A program made the translations under genes and the position numbers. A model generated the notes under the pieces. The model did no database searches and was not told the DNA's origin. It saw nothing but the letters and a program-made list of their open reading frames with translations. A DNA stretch of 51,964 bases from Girardia tigrina (Eukaryota), in NCBI GenBank assembly GCA_001938485.1, contig MQRK01246925.1, positions 1 to 51,964 of the forward strand. The letters run 5' to 3'. This document shows, one piece after another, positions 14,307 through 26,718 of the stretch (position 1 is the first letter of the stretch; each line of letters begins with the position of its first letter).

Positions 14307-14357
<51 letters not shown>
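14307..14357. repeat. (ATT)n microsatellite
   Basis: Uninterrupted run of about 17 tta units; shorter runs at ~7748-7780 and ~18902-18933. Confidence 0.95.
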
Positions 14358-14358
<1 letters not shown>

Positions 14359-15528
14359 GGTTCTAGTGATAATTGGAAAAATTAAATAATTTTCACTGTC
14401 AAAAATAGAAATTTGTTTCTTATTGGTTATGTTCATATAATAATAAATAATTTCAACAATCAATTTAATTGTACGGTAAACATATTGGCATTCATAGGGA
14501 CAGTTTTGTTTAGATAACGTCCGCGACTGTGAGCCAAATCTCTATCAGAGAGAATAAGCAGTTCAGCTTTCAGGGTTGGTTTTTTTCAATAGACTTAACG
14601 AGAATATTATTGTTTTAAAATAAATAAAATAAATATATATTAATCAACCTGATAACAAAATTTATTGAAAATTTTGTTTAATTTGATCTTTTTTTAATTT
14701 TTAAAATTAATATTTTATTTATTAAAAAAATTCTTTTTTTTAATAAATCATCAATCGTTTCTTTTCAAAAGAACGAGAATAACACATCATAAAAAAGTTA
14801 ATGTTTATAATTAATAAAAATACGCTAAATTAGAATGTTTTAAAGAATTATTGAATGCAATAAAACAGAAAATTTATTGGAAATTCTTATTTATTACCAA
14901 ATAACCAGAAAGACCCTTAAAATTTTATTACATTATTTAAGTAATGAAAACATGATTGATCTTTGAAACGGTTTCGTTTTCAAATTTTATATATTTTTCT
15001 TTATATTCTAAGATTTTTATGGTTTTATAAGATATTTTAACAGATCAATTGAACTTACAAGCTGTTACATTGACAAGTCCGATTATATTTTAAAGGAAAA
15101 AGCTCTAGGAATAGATTAATTAAACTATTAAAATGATCAATCTGGTAAAACATTTAAAACGTACATTATAATTTATATATCCAAAATTTCACTTTTTACT
15201 ATGAAAATAACTCAATGATTTCTAAGAAGCTTTTATTACGATTTATTATCAAATAAGACTTGACGAATTCCAGGATATAATGTCGGAAATTATCTTTGTA
15301 TTGACATAATTAATAGACTTTATGTGAAATTCTTTTTTATTAGATTTGCAAATTGTCACCGAAACGAACAACCTCCGTCCCATAAAAATCTCGTCAATAG
15401 ACAAGATTGTGGATTGCCTTCAAAAAAGTAAAAAGAAATAAGGATCCATGTAAATGAATATTGAAAGGTGTTTCCTGGAAGAAACCAGTGTGATGAGATT
15501 GGTTGGACAGAAGCGGGAAATCATCGCC

Positions 15529-15970
15529 GTGAGGAATATTTGGAATGTTTGATGTTTTGTGTTTGAATGTTGTATGTTGATTTGGAAATGTGTCTCTCCT
15601 ACCCAGATGGAAGATTAATATTTTAATTCTTATAATCTGAAAATATGTAATGTTGAAATTTACTTCGAATTTAAAATATTTGTAAAATTTTAAAAAGGTT
15701 GATTAATTTTATTTACAATTTTTTATATAAATAAATCGAATTAATATTTTTTTAAATAATTAATAATCATTTCTATTTTTAACCAATAAAATTTAGAATA
15801 AGAATTTTAACAATTTATGTAAATCTCCATTTACTCAGATAGTAAGAATAAAGTTATTAATTAATTAGACAGATACAATTGTACGAAAAGTTTGACAAAG
15901 ATTGAACTGAGGACCATTGAAATTGTATTATTAATAAAAATATTAAAGGTAATATTAGTGCTCTTAATAA
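15529..15970 (+). repeat. Dispersed TGTGAGG repeat, long copy
   Basis: Collinear with 38229-38700 for ~450 bp, including the gtacgaaaagtttgacaaagattg...ctcttaataa segment. Confidence 0.8.
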
Positions 15971-16321
15971 TCGCAATAGTTTTTTTTGGTGAAGTGGTAA
16001 CGGACAAAAACAGATAGTGGATAATAAATTTGGATCAAATTGTTAGAGTTTACACTGCAACCAAGACGAAATGGCCGCATAAAAATGCTTATCGTCTTTC
16101 ATCATGATAATGGACGTCTATGTCTAAAGTGTTTTGTCATAATCATCATCAATAATAATGATTATGAAATTTTTTTCAACCCCATATTCTCTCACAGTAG
16201 CGTCTATGAACTATCAAGTCAATAGGTCGATAAAAAATTGGCTTACGTAAATCGACAGGCTGTTAAGCAAATCCGAAGCAGTAAATAAAATCGGTGAATA
16301 ATATGCTCCAAAACAATTATT

Positions 16322-16855
16322 TACGTGGTGCGCCCAATAAGTAGTGAGCCTAATATAAAAATCTGAATTAAAATTAAATTTTATTTTAAAGAAGTAAAGT
16401 ACAATATATAGGTGGATTTTGTCAATTTTGTTTTACTTTCTCATTGTTTCTTATTAGATCTATTCCATTATTTTAAAAATGACATTAGAAAGTGTTCAAT
16501 ACCGCAGTGTTATTCGCTTCCTGTTTTTGAAAGGTAAAATTTGTGATCAAATCCAGAAAGAACTGAATTGTTTTAATGGTAATTGAAGTCCTTCAACAGC
16601 TACAATTAAACGCAGGTGCAATGCATTTAAAGCTGGAAGAACTAGTGTGGTAGACCTGGAAAATTCTGGAACGCCTAGTGAAATCAATGAAAAAATAACT
16701 GGGAAATTGTGGAAAATCATCCAAAATGAAAAAAGAAAATTACTAGAGAAATGTCAGGCGTCTAAATATCAGCAAAGTTACTATTCAGATACTGCTGACA
16801 GAAGTTGGCATCAGAAAATTGTGTTCACGTTTTGTGCCACGTCTACTAATTACTG
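16322..16855 (+). mobile_element. 5' half of a decayed mariner (irritans/Himar-like N-terminus)
   Basis: From ATG 16479 reads MTLESVQYRSVIRFLFLKGKICDQIQKELN...SPSTATIKRRCNAFKAGRTSVVDLENSGTP, and later RKLCSRFVPRLL (WVPxxL motif); has stops and frameshifts. Confidence 0.8.
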
Positions 16856-16949
16856 ATATGTAAGCTCACCGATCGTAAAAGAAATCACTAAGAATATCAA
16901 TGCCTTTTGATGATCATTGCAGTGTCAATAAATAAAATTAAGCATTAAT

Positions 16950-17050
16950 CTCACGATTTCAGTCTTGAAAACAAAGAAGATTGCAACCTCCATTCTGTTG
17001 TAAATGATGACCAGTTGATGTCAACCATCAACGAACACCCTTGATACTCA
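16950..17050 (+). mobile_element. Second short mariner transposase fragment
   Basis: DFSLENKEDCNLHSVVNDDQLMSTINEHP resembles the mariner linker GDFSLEDxxRSGRPSxxDDDxL. Confidence 0.45.
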
Positions 17051-18901
17051 TCCTATCTTTTTTAACTTCTTTCTAGTGATTCAAGGAATGCTTTGCGGTA
17101 TTTTGTTGCATGCGGATATCAAATTTGTTAAACTACGGGTATTAAACAATTTTTTACGCTGTAATAGTTAATTATTCGAATAAAATATCTTTAATGTATT
17201 AACCTACGGAATACATTGAATAAATAGAGAATTTTCATTTCTCTTTGAACCGACGATGGGTATAGGTATAATTAATAAGAAACATCAGAGTTTCGAAAAA
17301 TTTGAACCAGTTATAAGATAAAATATAATATATAATTATTTTAACATTTCACGATTGAAGCAGTGGTTTTTTCTAATAATATGAATGTCAAATATTATTT
17401 CTTGCCAATACATCCATTTAGGGAAACAATATATTTCCTGTACCTTTTCAGGATTGACTATGCTGTGAAGGAAAACAGAATTTCAATGATTTAATTATAC
17501 ATTTCTTTTTTACTTTTCTTATTGAATGAAGAAAGAAGATATTCTGTTCTGAAATATATATAATATTTTTTTTATTACTGATATCTTTTAATAGATTTTT
17601 CTTGGTTGAGAAACACATAAATGCGAGTTTGCCAATATTTTCGTTCTATCAACTTGTTACAAGTAATACAATTATTTTCTCTTTAAGTCAAGATTAAAAG
17701 AAAAACTACAGTCAAAAAGAACTAAACTCTTGCTGCAATAACTCAGTAGAGGCACATGTACTAACCAAAAAGAAGGACAACCTTTTTGGTATGTCTGAAT
17801 TTGAAAGGATAGCAATATTTTTTATAAAGAAACCACTTTAATTAATTCACATAAGTTTACATGTACAGCTTTTTTGGAACTGAAATTTCTAGATCACGTA
17901 AAAAAATCCGAAGCAAAGATATAACGAAATTATGTAGTCGTAAGTATAACATGATTTATGGACATTTTGAATCTAGCAATCAGTTTAGAAATGGTATTAA
18001 TAATTAGAAATTATAGATATGTTATTATTATTATTATTAATATTTTGATGATTTTCAAACCGTTTTTAAAATTTTTTTCGTAGTTTTCGAAGATGAGATT
18101 ATATCTTATGTAATATGTTAATAAGAATATAATATATTACGCGGGTCGAACAGGTTTCAGATGAACGAACGCGGGATGAATGAATGTGGGATGAACAAAC
18201 GGAATACATAAAAATATAATTATTTTTTTAAAAATCTGAGCCTAGAAACGTTTTACGAAACCCCTGAAAATAGCCTGCAACCACAAAGAATCCAAGGAAT
18301 AAAAGCTGAAGAACTCTTAGACTGACGAAAGACTAGAAAAGTACTTGAAAGTTTATAATTTAATTGGACATTTTACCATCTATGGATCTAAAAGAAAATT
18401 AAAGAATTTTTTTTATTTGATAAACTATTGAACCAATTATTTGAATATTGACGTAAAGAAAAAATGTGTATTATTTTAATTAGAAATTTACCAATATAAC
18501 AGACTTAGTTAAAAATTGTAATTATTTTCTTCAAAATTAATTAAATGTTAATTAATATATTTCTAGATAAACATTTGTTTCTTTTCTATGATTTATTTTT
18601 GAAATTTACTTCTCATTTACAATTATTTTATTTTTATTTTTTAGAAAAATCAAAATATTAATTAATAAACAAATTATGTCCCCAAACTGATAAAAAAGAA
18701 ATAGTTGAGAATTTCTGTTATTTATAATTGGTTAATAATTTTTGAGCAACATGACGGTCATGAATCCTTAGAAAAAAAGAAGAAGAATACTTTTTTCACA
18801 GACCAAAATGACACAAAAATATTTTTTACATTTCTAAAAAAAACAGATAATTAATAATTAATATTACATAGATTATTTTGAAAGAAAAAGAAAAAAATAA
18901 A

Positions 18902-18932
<31 letters not shown>

Positions 18933-20275
18933 TAAATGAAAATATGTTTCAAGGCAGTTTTTAAAATGTGTTTAAAACTGTTAATTAAATCAAAATGACA
19001 GTCTAATAATTTATTAAATATTTAATAATATTTATAATTTATTTTTCTTTATTTATCTAATTGAAAATGAAAGTTTAGAATGAATTGGTTTAATCCTATC
19101 TGAATTATTCATGTCGAAGATTATAATTAAGTTTGATCGGTTTTTTGTTTGAAATTCGAGAGGATGTAAAAATGGGAGACTTGTTTTCATTTGAAAATAA
19201 AAATTAATTTTTAAATAATATATTTTTATAATGTAATTATTTGTGAAACATTTTGGCCAAAACTGTCAAATTAAAATATTAATTGACAAATTGGAATTAA
19301 ATCGTATTATTAATAAAATACTTTGATTATATATAATTCATAATCACAAATAAAATGGGAATTAGTCTCAGAAATTTATGTACCTTAGATCAAAATTTTT
19401 TAGGAAAGTTGAAAATATTATTATTATAGTATTATATTTTCGAAATGTATAATAAATTTTTCGTTTAACTATAACCATTAAAATGTGTTGAGAATTATCG
19501 AGGGATATAATCATATAAACTTTAAAATAAACTGAATTTATAACATTAAAATTATTAATAATAATGCTTGTTCCAGAATTTAAATTAAATTTATTTGCAC
19601 CTATATTTTTTTGTTAGTTTTTATTTATACTTAAAACATCTCCTTTCCAATTCAGATTCAAATCGTTTATCTTTCTTGAAAGCAATTGCTGATGTGTTCA
19701 TCACTTTTGTTCTATCTTGTATACATAAAAACATGATAAATAATTGATATGTTAGAAAATAGTAAATGAATTTTGAAAAATTATTATAATTAATTTGAAA
19801 ATTTGTTCGGGTTATTACGTTATCGGGTTGTTGTTGAATGAAAGTTGAGGAATGAAGGCAGCTGCTAGCGCAACAAGAGTCAAGTGCCCAATTCTATATT
19901 TATGTACAAGAAAAGAGAAAACAACGCTGTTTAAGATCTGCGACCATTTGAAGAGATCGAGGAATAACAAAGAAGCGAATCAAGAGTGTAGTGTTCACTA
20001 AATCGCATCAGCAGTAGCAACCAATTAAGAGTTTTTTTAAGTGATATGTAATTTAATTTTTTTGATTTTTAATTTTGAAAAAATTTCTTAATTGGATTTG
20101 CGACCCCTGAAATTTTTAAAATTGGAAAAATTCAGACGTACATTAAAAAATTGTAAAACAATAAACAATAAAAAAATTATTATCCAAAACTGTGTAGAAA
20201 TTAATGTAAAAATTGTTTGAATAATTGGCATTGTAAACAACATTTTTGAATTTAATAAATATTTTGATTAAAAAA

Positions 20276-21503
20276 TGAATTCCAATTTCTTTATTCAAAT
20301 CTGATGAACGACAAACGTCTCAATCACGTCACCGCGAACAATTTGCATTGGTTCGAGATCTGTTTGTTCAGTGATTTCTCGATCGTGGTGAACGAAGAGG
20401 GAATTCGCTGTCACAAATTCGTTCTTTACGCCGGTTCCGAATATTTCAAGGCATTCTTGAATTTCAATCCGAATGCGGAGCAAACGCAGCTGAGTGAAAT
20501 CGTGTCGGCGGTGGGAATCAGGAACTGTCTGCTGTTCCTATACAGCGCGAGTCGTGGCTCTAGCATGTTCAATTAGCACTGCATCGACAAGTTCGTGTGC
20601 GCCGACTATCTGCAGATCAGCGCGCTCAAGTCAGCGAGCGAAGAGGAAATTGCTGCCAACATCAACTTATGCAACGCGTTTGATGCAGAACCGAAATCGA
20701 TCGATTATTCGAGTGAAGAATCGACCAAACGCTCGAGTTAAATCGATGGGTCAAATGACCTGCTTCAATTCGCCGCAAATTCCGCGAAAAGTTTTGCGTA
20801 TTTAACGAACGGCGGTCTGATAGTCGGGATGGAGTTGTTGTCCGATTGCTGCTCGTCGACATCGATCGCTTCTTCCTCGGTCGATAGCGCCAATAATTCC
20901 AATAACAATCGAAAAACAATCACCGCCGGATCGAATTCGAAATATTTGATATCGAAAAAGCGAAGAGCCGAAGAACTATCGGAATTGTCGTCGATCCCGG
21001 TGAATTGCTATGGGAATATCGGAGCGGTGGATTTGTCGAGTTTCTCGGGGCCGCTACAAATCGCTCCGATCAACACCGATAACCACAGCAACAACAACAA
21101 TCAGAATCCCGTGAAATTCGTGTCCAATAACATCAACAACTCTATAATCGCCGCCAATAATCATTCGCTCATTCAAAACTCGTCAAATAACAACAGTGAC
21201 AAACAGAACAACAATCACCATCAAAACGGATTCTGTCACGCGGGTGGCAAATAGAACGTGACCGGGGCGGACACGACCGATATCGGTGACCCTGGTCACA
21301 TCAACGAGAAACAACGGTTTAAGCCTCAATAAGATGACAAAAGTTTCAGAATTTCTCGATCGAATCTTCAATCAATTGTGCACAATGATTACAACTCAAA
21401 AGCTTTCGACTTTCCAACGGACAACAACTAAAATATTAAGCATCAGAAAAATGTATCGAAAAATTCCACGAATCGCAGAAAGTTTTTTGAATGCGCCAAC
21501 TAG
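20276..21503 (+). pseudogene. BTB/POZ-domain protein pseudogene, antisense within LRP2BP intron 5
   Basis: GC-richer island. One frame from 20304 reads LFSDFSIVVNEEGIRCHKFVLYAGSEYFKAFL...LLFLYS...CADYLQISALKSA (BTB fold motifs), then an Asn/Ser-rich linker. In-frame stops at 20574, 20739, 21252, 21330, 21429 and 21501. Confidence 0.8.
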
Positions 21504-21714
21504 AGGAAGTCTTATGGTAGAAAAAAGGTTTCTCAATTGAAATTCTAAAAAACACTAAAAACCACCGAAAATTCTAGTCATGAGCTCTAAGAAACAACCA
21601 CAGAAGAAAAGTTGCAACAAAAGACGTTATTCAATTTAGAAAATTAATTATTTGCAAGAGAATTGCTAAAAACATGAGCTAATTTGTATCTGGTCTGATA
21701 TACAATATCAATGA

Positions 21715-21800
21715 CATATCAATCCCATCTGAGTAGGAGAGTCACCAATATAAACAGCATACAAACAACAAACTTACAACATTCAGAATTTCCTCTTATA
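21715..21800 (-). repeat. Dispersed TGTGAGG repeat copy
   Basis: tcccatctgagtaggagagtcacc...acagcatacaaacaacaaacttacaacattc is the inverse of copy 1. Confidence 0.75.
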
Positions 21801-22941
21801 ATCTTCATTAATAATTGTTAAATGTGTTTAAATTTTTATAATTATACTGTCTATTTATGAAACTTTTATCTGAGAAGTTTATTAGACGTAAATCTTCGGT
21901 TAATATGATTACTAGAACGAAACCTGTGATAATAGTTCGCTTGACAAAATTTTCAAATTCGTGTTACATTTCGTATTACTTACGACTGCTTCTTGAAAAA
22001 CAAAATAATCTTACTTCAGGCCAAATTTATGGAGCTTCTTAATATTTAAATAATAAAAGATTAGTCGAGATACGTTATAATTAATTTTTGAATCTATTTT
22101 GTATTATTTCTTAATTTCTTGTTAACTTATGAAACTAAATCTAAATTTTGGAAGGTATTTTTACTAACTACAGAATGTGTTATATTCCGGAGTTAGTTTT
22201 AAATCTTTACTTCCTATCTTTATCAATATTACTTACTCCCAACAACCTTTATTCACAAACCGTTAATATAATATAGATATAATAATATTTAAATTTTCAG
22301 TTCATTATTTCTGATATTAAATTTGATTCTCGAAGATTTGATAAATCTACCGTATGTAATTTTAATATTATTGAATAGCAAAATTATTAACAATTTTTGT
22401 CTAAAATGTGTTTTTACATCTTCTGATTATACTGCGATTGAATAAATCAACTGTGCCAATATATTTGAATATATTTATATAAGAGAGGGCAAAGATCCAT
22501 GCTGGATCCAAACAACCATGGAAGAATAAAAAGGCATATATGCGATGGTATAGTGACTTGAGCGCTACCTTTATTTTCACCAACAGTATGGTATGTATAT
22601 GATTTCTTTCAACAGGGATGTTGTTGAAGTGTGGCATCAAAGATAATTTATTATTGAACAATTACAAGTTGGATCTTACAGAATCACTAAAGAATTTCAG
22701 AAAGAACAATATTCAAGCACTAAATTCGCCACAAATGCTGGTTGGTCATTGATGTACATGGAATTACATTAACGAGATACTGTCTGGTCCGTCAATGAAC
22801 AAGGCGACCATTCAAATTGTCGACACTTCAGGATAAATTACAAGAACATCGACAGAACTAAGGAAATCTGAGGCAAATAACTTTATAATATGTCTTCTTG
22901 TAACAATGCAAGTTACAAGTCGGTATCCAACTGCTTTAATA

Positions 22942-23900
22942 AGGTGTGTCCACTAAAAAAGTGCACAAGTTTTAAAACCATCATAACTTTTTAATTAGAC
23001 GTTCAAATTGACGGAAATTTGAAAAAAGACTATATCATAATAACACAATAATTATTTTATTATATCAAACTATTAAGGCCATAAGAGTTAGCAAGCATTA
23101 TTCTTTGTCTAAAAATTGCAAATAATGTCTTAAAATATAAATTGTTAAACTGCTTTGCTTTAGTTTTGATTCTGCGAATCAACTGGTCTTCAGAATCGGC
23201 AGTTCAACCCTTTTCATACACCTTCTCCTTTAAATGAGCCCAAAACTTTTGAATTTGGTGTATTTGGGGAGCACAAGGTGGATACGACTCATCATCAAGT
23301 ACAAAGTCGGTTTTGGTCTTTTCCACAACAATTTTAGCGAGATTTTGCAACCTGGCTTTCTGGCGAATAATCTGTGTCGGAGTAACCTTTGGGGCTTCTT
23401 TCCTCTTTCGAAACACTATGTTATTAGTCTTGAGCATCTTATGCACGTAAGACTTTGAAACATTCATTTCTCTACCTACCTTTCTCACACTTTGTCCAAC
23501 AGTCAAAGTTGCACGTTGAAGAAGTCTCTTCCTTTTGCCTGACGTCATTTTAACAGGTTTCCTTCCACATCCTACTTTTCTTTCAATGCTGCCGGTCGTC
23601 TCATAGCGTTGTATTATTGCATATATACCTCTTCTGGAAAAATGAATGCCAGTAAACTTTGTCACAGTCTCACTTTTACTGTGATTTTTGAAAAAATTGA
23701 TTATATCTTCATGTCGTTTTGAAATCATTATAATTGTCTCTAAAATAAAATATATTAAACCAAAAATTTTACATACCTGCTTTACTATTTCTAACCTATT
23801 AAAACAAATATTTAAATTCCAAATTTACGAAATTAAATAATATTACATTAAAAAGTTATGATGGTTTTAAAACTTGTGCACTTTTTTAGTGGACACACCT
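22942..23900 (-). mobile_element. Tc1/ITm-family DNA transposon, internally deleted (959 bp)
   Basis: Perfect ~54-bp TIRs aggtgtgtccactaaaaaagtgcacaagttttaaaaccatcataactttttaat; TA duplication at 22940-41 and 23901-02. Confidence 0.92.
23204..23728 (-). pseudogene. Truncated Tc1-like transposase (HTH intact, DDE core deleted in frame)
   Basis: Paired-like HTH and GxGRK linker; FVLDDESY joins directly to PPCAPQIHQIQKFWAHLKEKVY; premature TGA after EKG. Confidence 0.85.
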
Positions 23901-24333
23901 TAATACTGATGCTTGAATTATCATATATAAAGCTGACATAGGCCACTAAGGACCCACCTATTTTCAGGCTAATTATGCAAGAAAGTTTTCAGCGGATTAA
24001 TAAAAATTATTAATCAATTTAGTTGATTACATTTTATTTTTATTTTTTTAATTTTCCTTATTGTTTTTCGTAGAAAATGTTGAAAAAATACCAAAATTTC
24101 AATTAATTTATTAAAGCATATAAAAATTCTAAAATTTAAATTGAAAAGAAATTTATTAAAGTGAAATAACTTTTTACTAATATACTTGTTGAAAAAATAA
24201 TAAAAAAAGATGTCCTTTATTCCCTTTATTTCTTTCATTGGATTTTCAATACAGAGAAAATAATACAATTTATTGATGGAAATATAAAATAAATGTATAA
24301 ATTATATTAAATTGAAAACTAGGAAAAACTAAC

Positions 24334-24505
24334 TTTGATGCTAAATCTGCCGCTTTTGTGAATAATTTTCTTTTGTAAAAGTAAAAACAAAGATTTCCTT
24401 TTGCATAAATACTGCCGCGTTCGGCTGCATTGTCTAAGCAAATGAGTGCAGCCTCCCAATCCACATTGACCCCTATACCATATAAATATAGTACACCTAG
24501 ACAAG
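24334..24505 (-). CDS. LRP2BP: LRP2BP coding exon 5
   Basis: aacag acceptor and gttagt donor; 172 nt. Encodes (A)CLGVLYLYGIGVNVDWEAALICLDNAAERGSIYAKGNLCFYFYKRKLFTKAADLAS(K), a Sel1 repeat. Confidence 0.92.
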
Positions 24506-24512
24506 CTGTTCA

Positions 24513-24788
<276 letters not shown>

Positions 24789-24968
24789 TTAACCCCGTGT
24801 TTCGACACCAGGAAACCTTATAGATATAAAAGAGAGCTGCAATCTAGAATTGCTAAAATTCAGTAGTTATACTTTCTTGTTCTCTATCAGATTTGTGAAT
24901 GACTTCTTTTCCATGGTTAACATTGTTATAGTATTAGATCAACTATTTTGAAAAGTTATTTTTATTAA

Positions 24969-25260
24969 TGTGAGGAATATTTTTGAATGATGTATATTGT
25001 ATGTTGTTTTTTAGGATTGTGTTTCTCCCACCCAGATGGAAGATTGATATATTAAATGTTCTAAAACGTCGGATTATTTAATCAATTTAAAAATTTTAAA
25101 AAACAACTTTAATATTAAATTTATATATTCAAAATATTTTTTTGATTACATAAATATGATTACATAATCATTCATTTCTAATATAAAAGCAATAAAAAAG
25201 AACATAATCACTGATCTGATGATGACGGTTAAACCGTTGAAATATATTATCACAAAATAG
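24969..25260 (+). repeat. Dispersed TGTGAGG repeat copy followed by a hammerhead ribozyme
   Basis: tgtgaggaatatttttgaatg...tctcccacccagatggaaga; hammerhead core ~240 nt downstream. Confidence 0.75.
25212..25252 (+). ncRNA. Minimal type I hammerhead ribozyme (PLE-type)
   Basis: Stem I UGAU/AUCA; core CUGAUGA plus one U; stem II GACGGU-uaa-ACCGUU; GAAA; palindromic stem III AUAUAU; cleavage triplet AUU. Confidence 0.7.
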
Positions 25261-25847
25261 CCCAACTTAAATTAAAATTTTAAACAAATTAAAATTAAAT
25301 AAAGAAAAGAAAACTTTAAATTAAATATAAAATAGCAAATAATTAAATTAAATAAAGTAAGAAAATTAAATTAAATTAATATATATATTTGTGTGTATAT
25401 ATCTACATAAATATTATGATAAACCATCATTTTCATCTGGTTTCATGATGGTAGTTTCAATAATCCATCCATTTTGTAATCGATAATTCGTTCTTAGTCC
25501 GCATAATAATGTCGAGTCTCTATAACGACGTTATTTTCAAAATTTTGAACAATTTTGGTGAAATTAATTTGAATGATCCAATCGAAATTGATTATCGAAA
25601 CTTGTGCATGTTTTGAGTGTGTGTGTGGAGAATTGCCATTGGAGAGGAGTATCGATGCGTGTGTGTGAGTTAATTGATTGGGTATTGTTGTGTTTGTGTG
25701 TCCATGGTTTAATTTATAAAAAAAATCAATATCCAATATTAAAAAGAAAAATAAAATCATTGTTTAAACCAGTTAATGTTAATGGTTTTTAAAAAAAATA
25801 AAACTTTGCAAATCTTCGAATTTTTTTTGATGATTAATAAATTCAAA

Positions 25848-26036
25848 ATGAATTGCAAATATTGTATTCTCTTGACTTATAACGAAAAAGAAAACCTGCT
25901 GATCGTTATCAATTTATTCGATAAATACTTAACCGAAAATAAAATTGCCTATGAATTAATTATCGTCGATGATAACAGTTCCGATGGAACAAACGATGCT
26001 ACGATTAATTTGCTGAAGATTTACGAAAATCAACCT
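25848..26036 (+). pseudogene. DPM1: N-terminal fragment of dolichol-phosphate mannosyltransferase subunit 1 (GT2), read through into unrelated sequence to 26414
   Basis: MNCKYCILLTYNEKENLLIVINLFDKYLTENKIAYELIIVDDNSSDGTNDATINLLKIY matches DPM1 KYSxLLPTYNExENL...YEIIIIDDxSPDGT. The conserved Pro is missing and the rest of the GT2 domain is absent. Confidence 0.8.
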
Positions 26037-26572
26037 TTATTTGACACTCTTAGCAGACATTGCAATTTGAATGTGCACCAGCATTTGATGGAGGGGTCTT
26101 ATAATTCGTCCGAGACGTCAAATTTAATCCCTGATTATTGTCTCGTTCACTTTGGCATTATTCTCAAAATGATTCTGAGCTCGGTGATTGATGAAAGTCT
26201 CCTCTCCTTGATGCCGGTTTTAAAATGCTGTTTTAGAATTGAAACAGAGAATTACAGAGTTTCGAAATCAAAATTTTGGATAGAAGAAATATCTTTATGG
26301 TACATCGATTCGAGTCTTTTCGAGTATTCAGCAGAAAAACAATTTCTTGGACAGTTTTGTAATCTGGCAGATATGAGCGCCGATCCGACGACTTGCAAAA
26401 CGAAAGCCAACTAACAAAAAGACTCTCTCTGAGATACAACAAATGTGAATATAAGAAAGTGAATTTCAAATCAAACTGTGAAAAAAATAATGTACCAAAA
26501 ATCAGGAATTATTTTAATCTTTAATTTCTATAATTTAAAGTTCAAAGTTAAAATCTCATGTATTAGTTTTAC

Positions 26573-26718
26573 CTCTCAGCCTCTGAATCTGATTGTTTAA
26601 TCCCAAACCCTTGGTAAGCAGCCCTACCGAGATTATAGGCTGCACTGTAAATCAAATGTCCAACACGTGGATCATCTTTAGCATCAAGGATTCTTTTCAT
26701 ATGGGCACATCCCAAAGG
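26573..26718 (-). CDS. LRP2BP: LRP2BP coding exon 3
   Basis: tgtag acceptor and gtaaaa donor; 146 nt. Encodes PLGCAHMKRILDAKDDPRVGHLIYSAAYNLGRAAYQGFGIKQSDSEAE(R). Confidence 0.93.

Noticed and set aside
14490-14590. GC-richer stretch ending in a T-run as a Pol III or tRNA-derived gene
   Set aside because: No recognisable A/B boxes or cloverleaf.
20295-21540. Alternative-frame and antisense ORFs over the BTB region
   Set aside because: Shadows of the GC-richer pseudogene frame.
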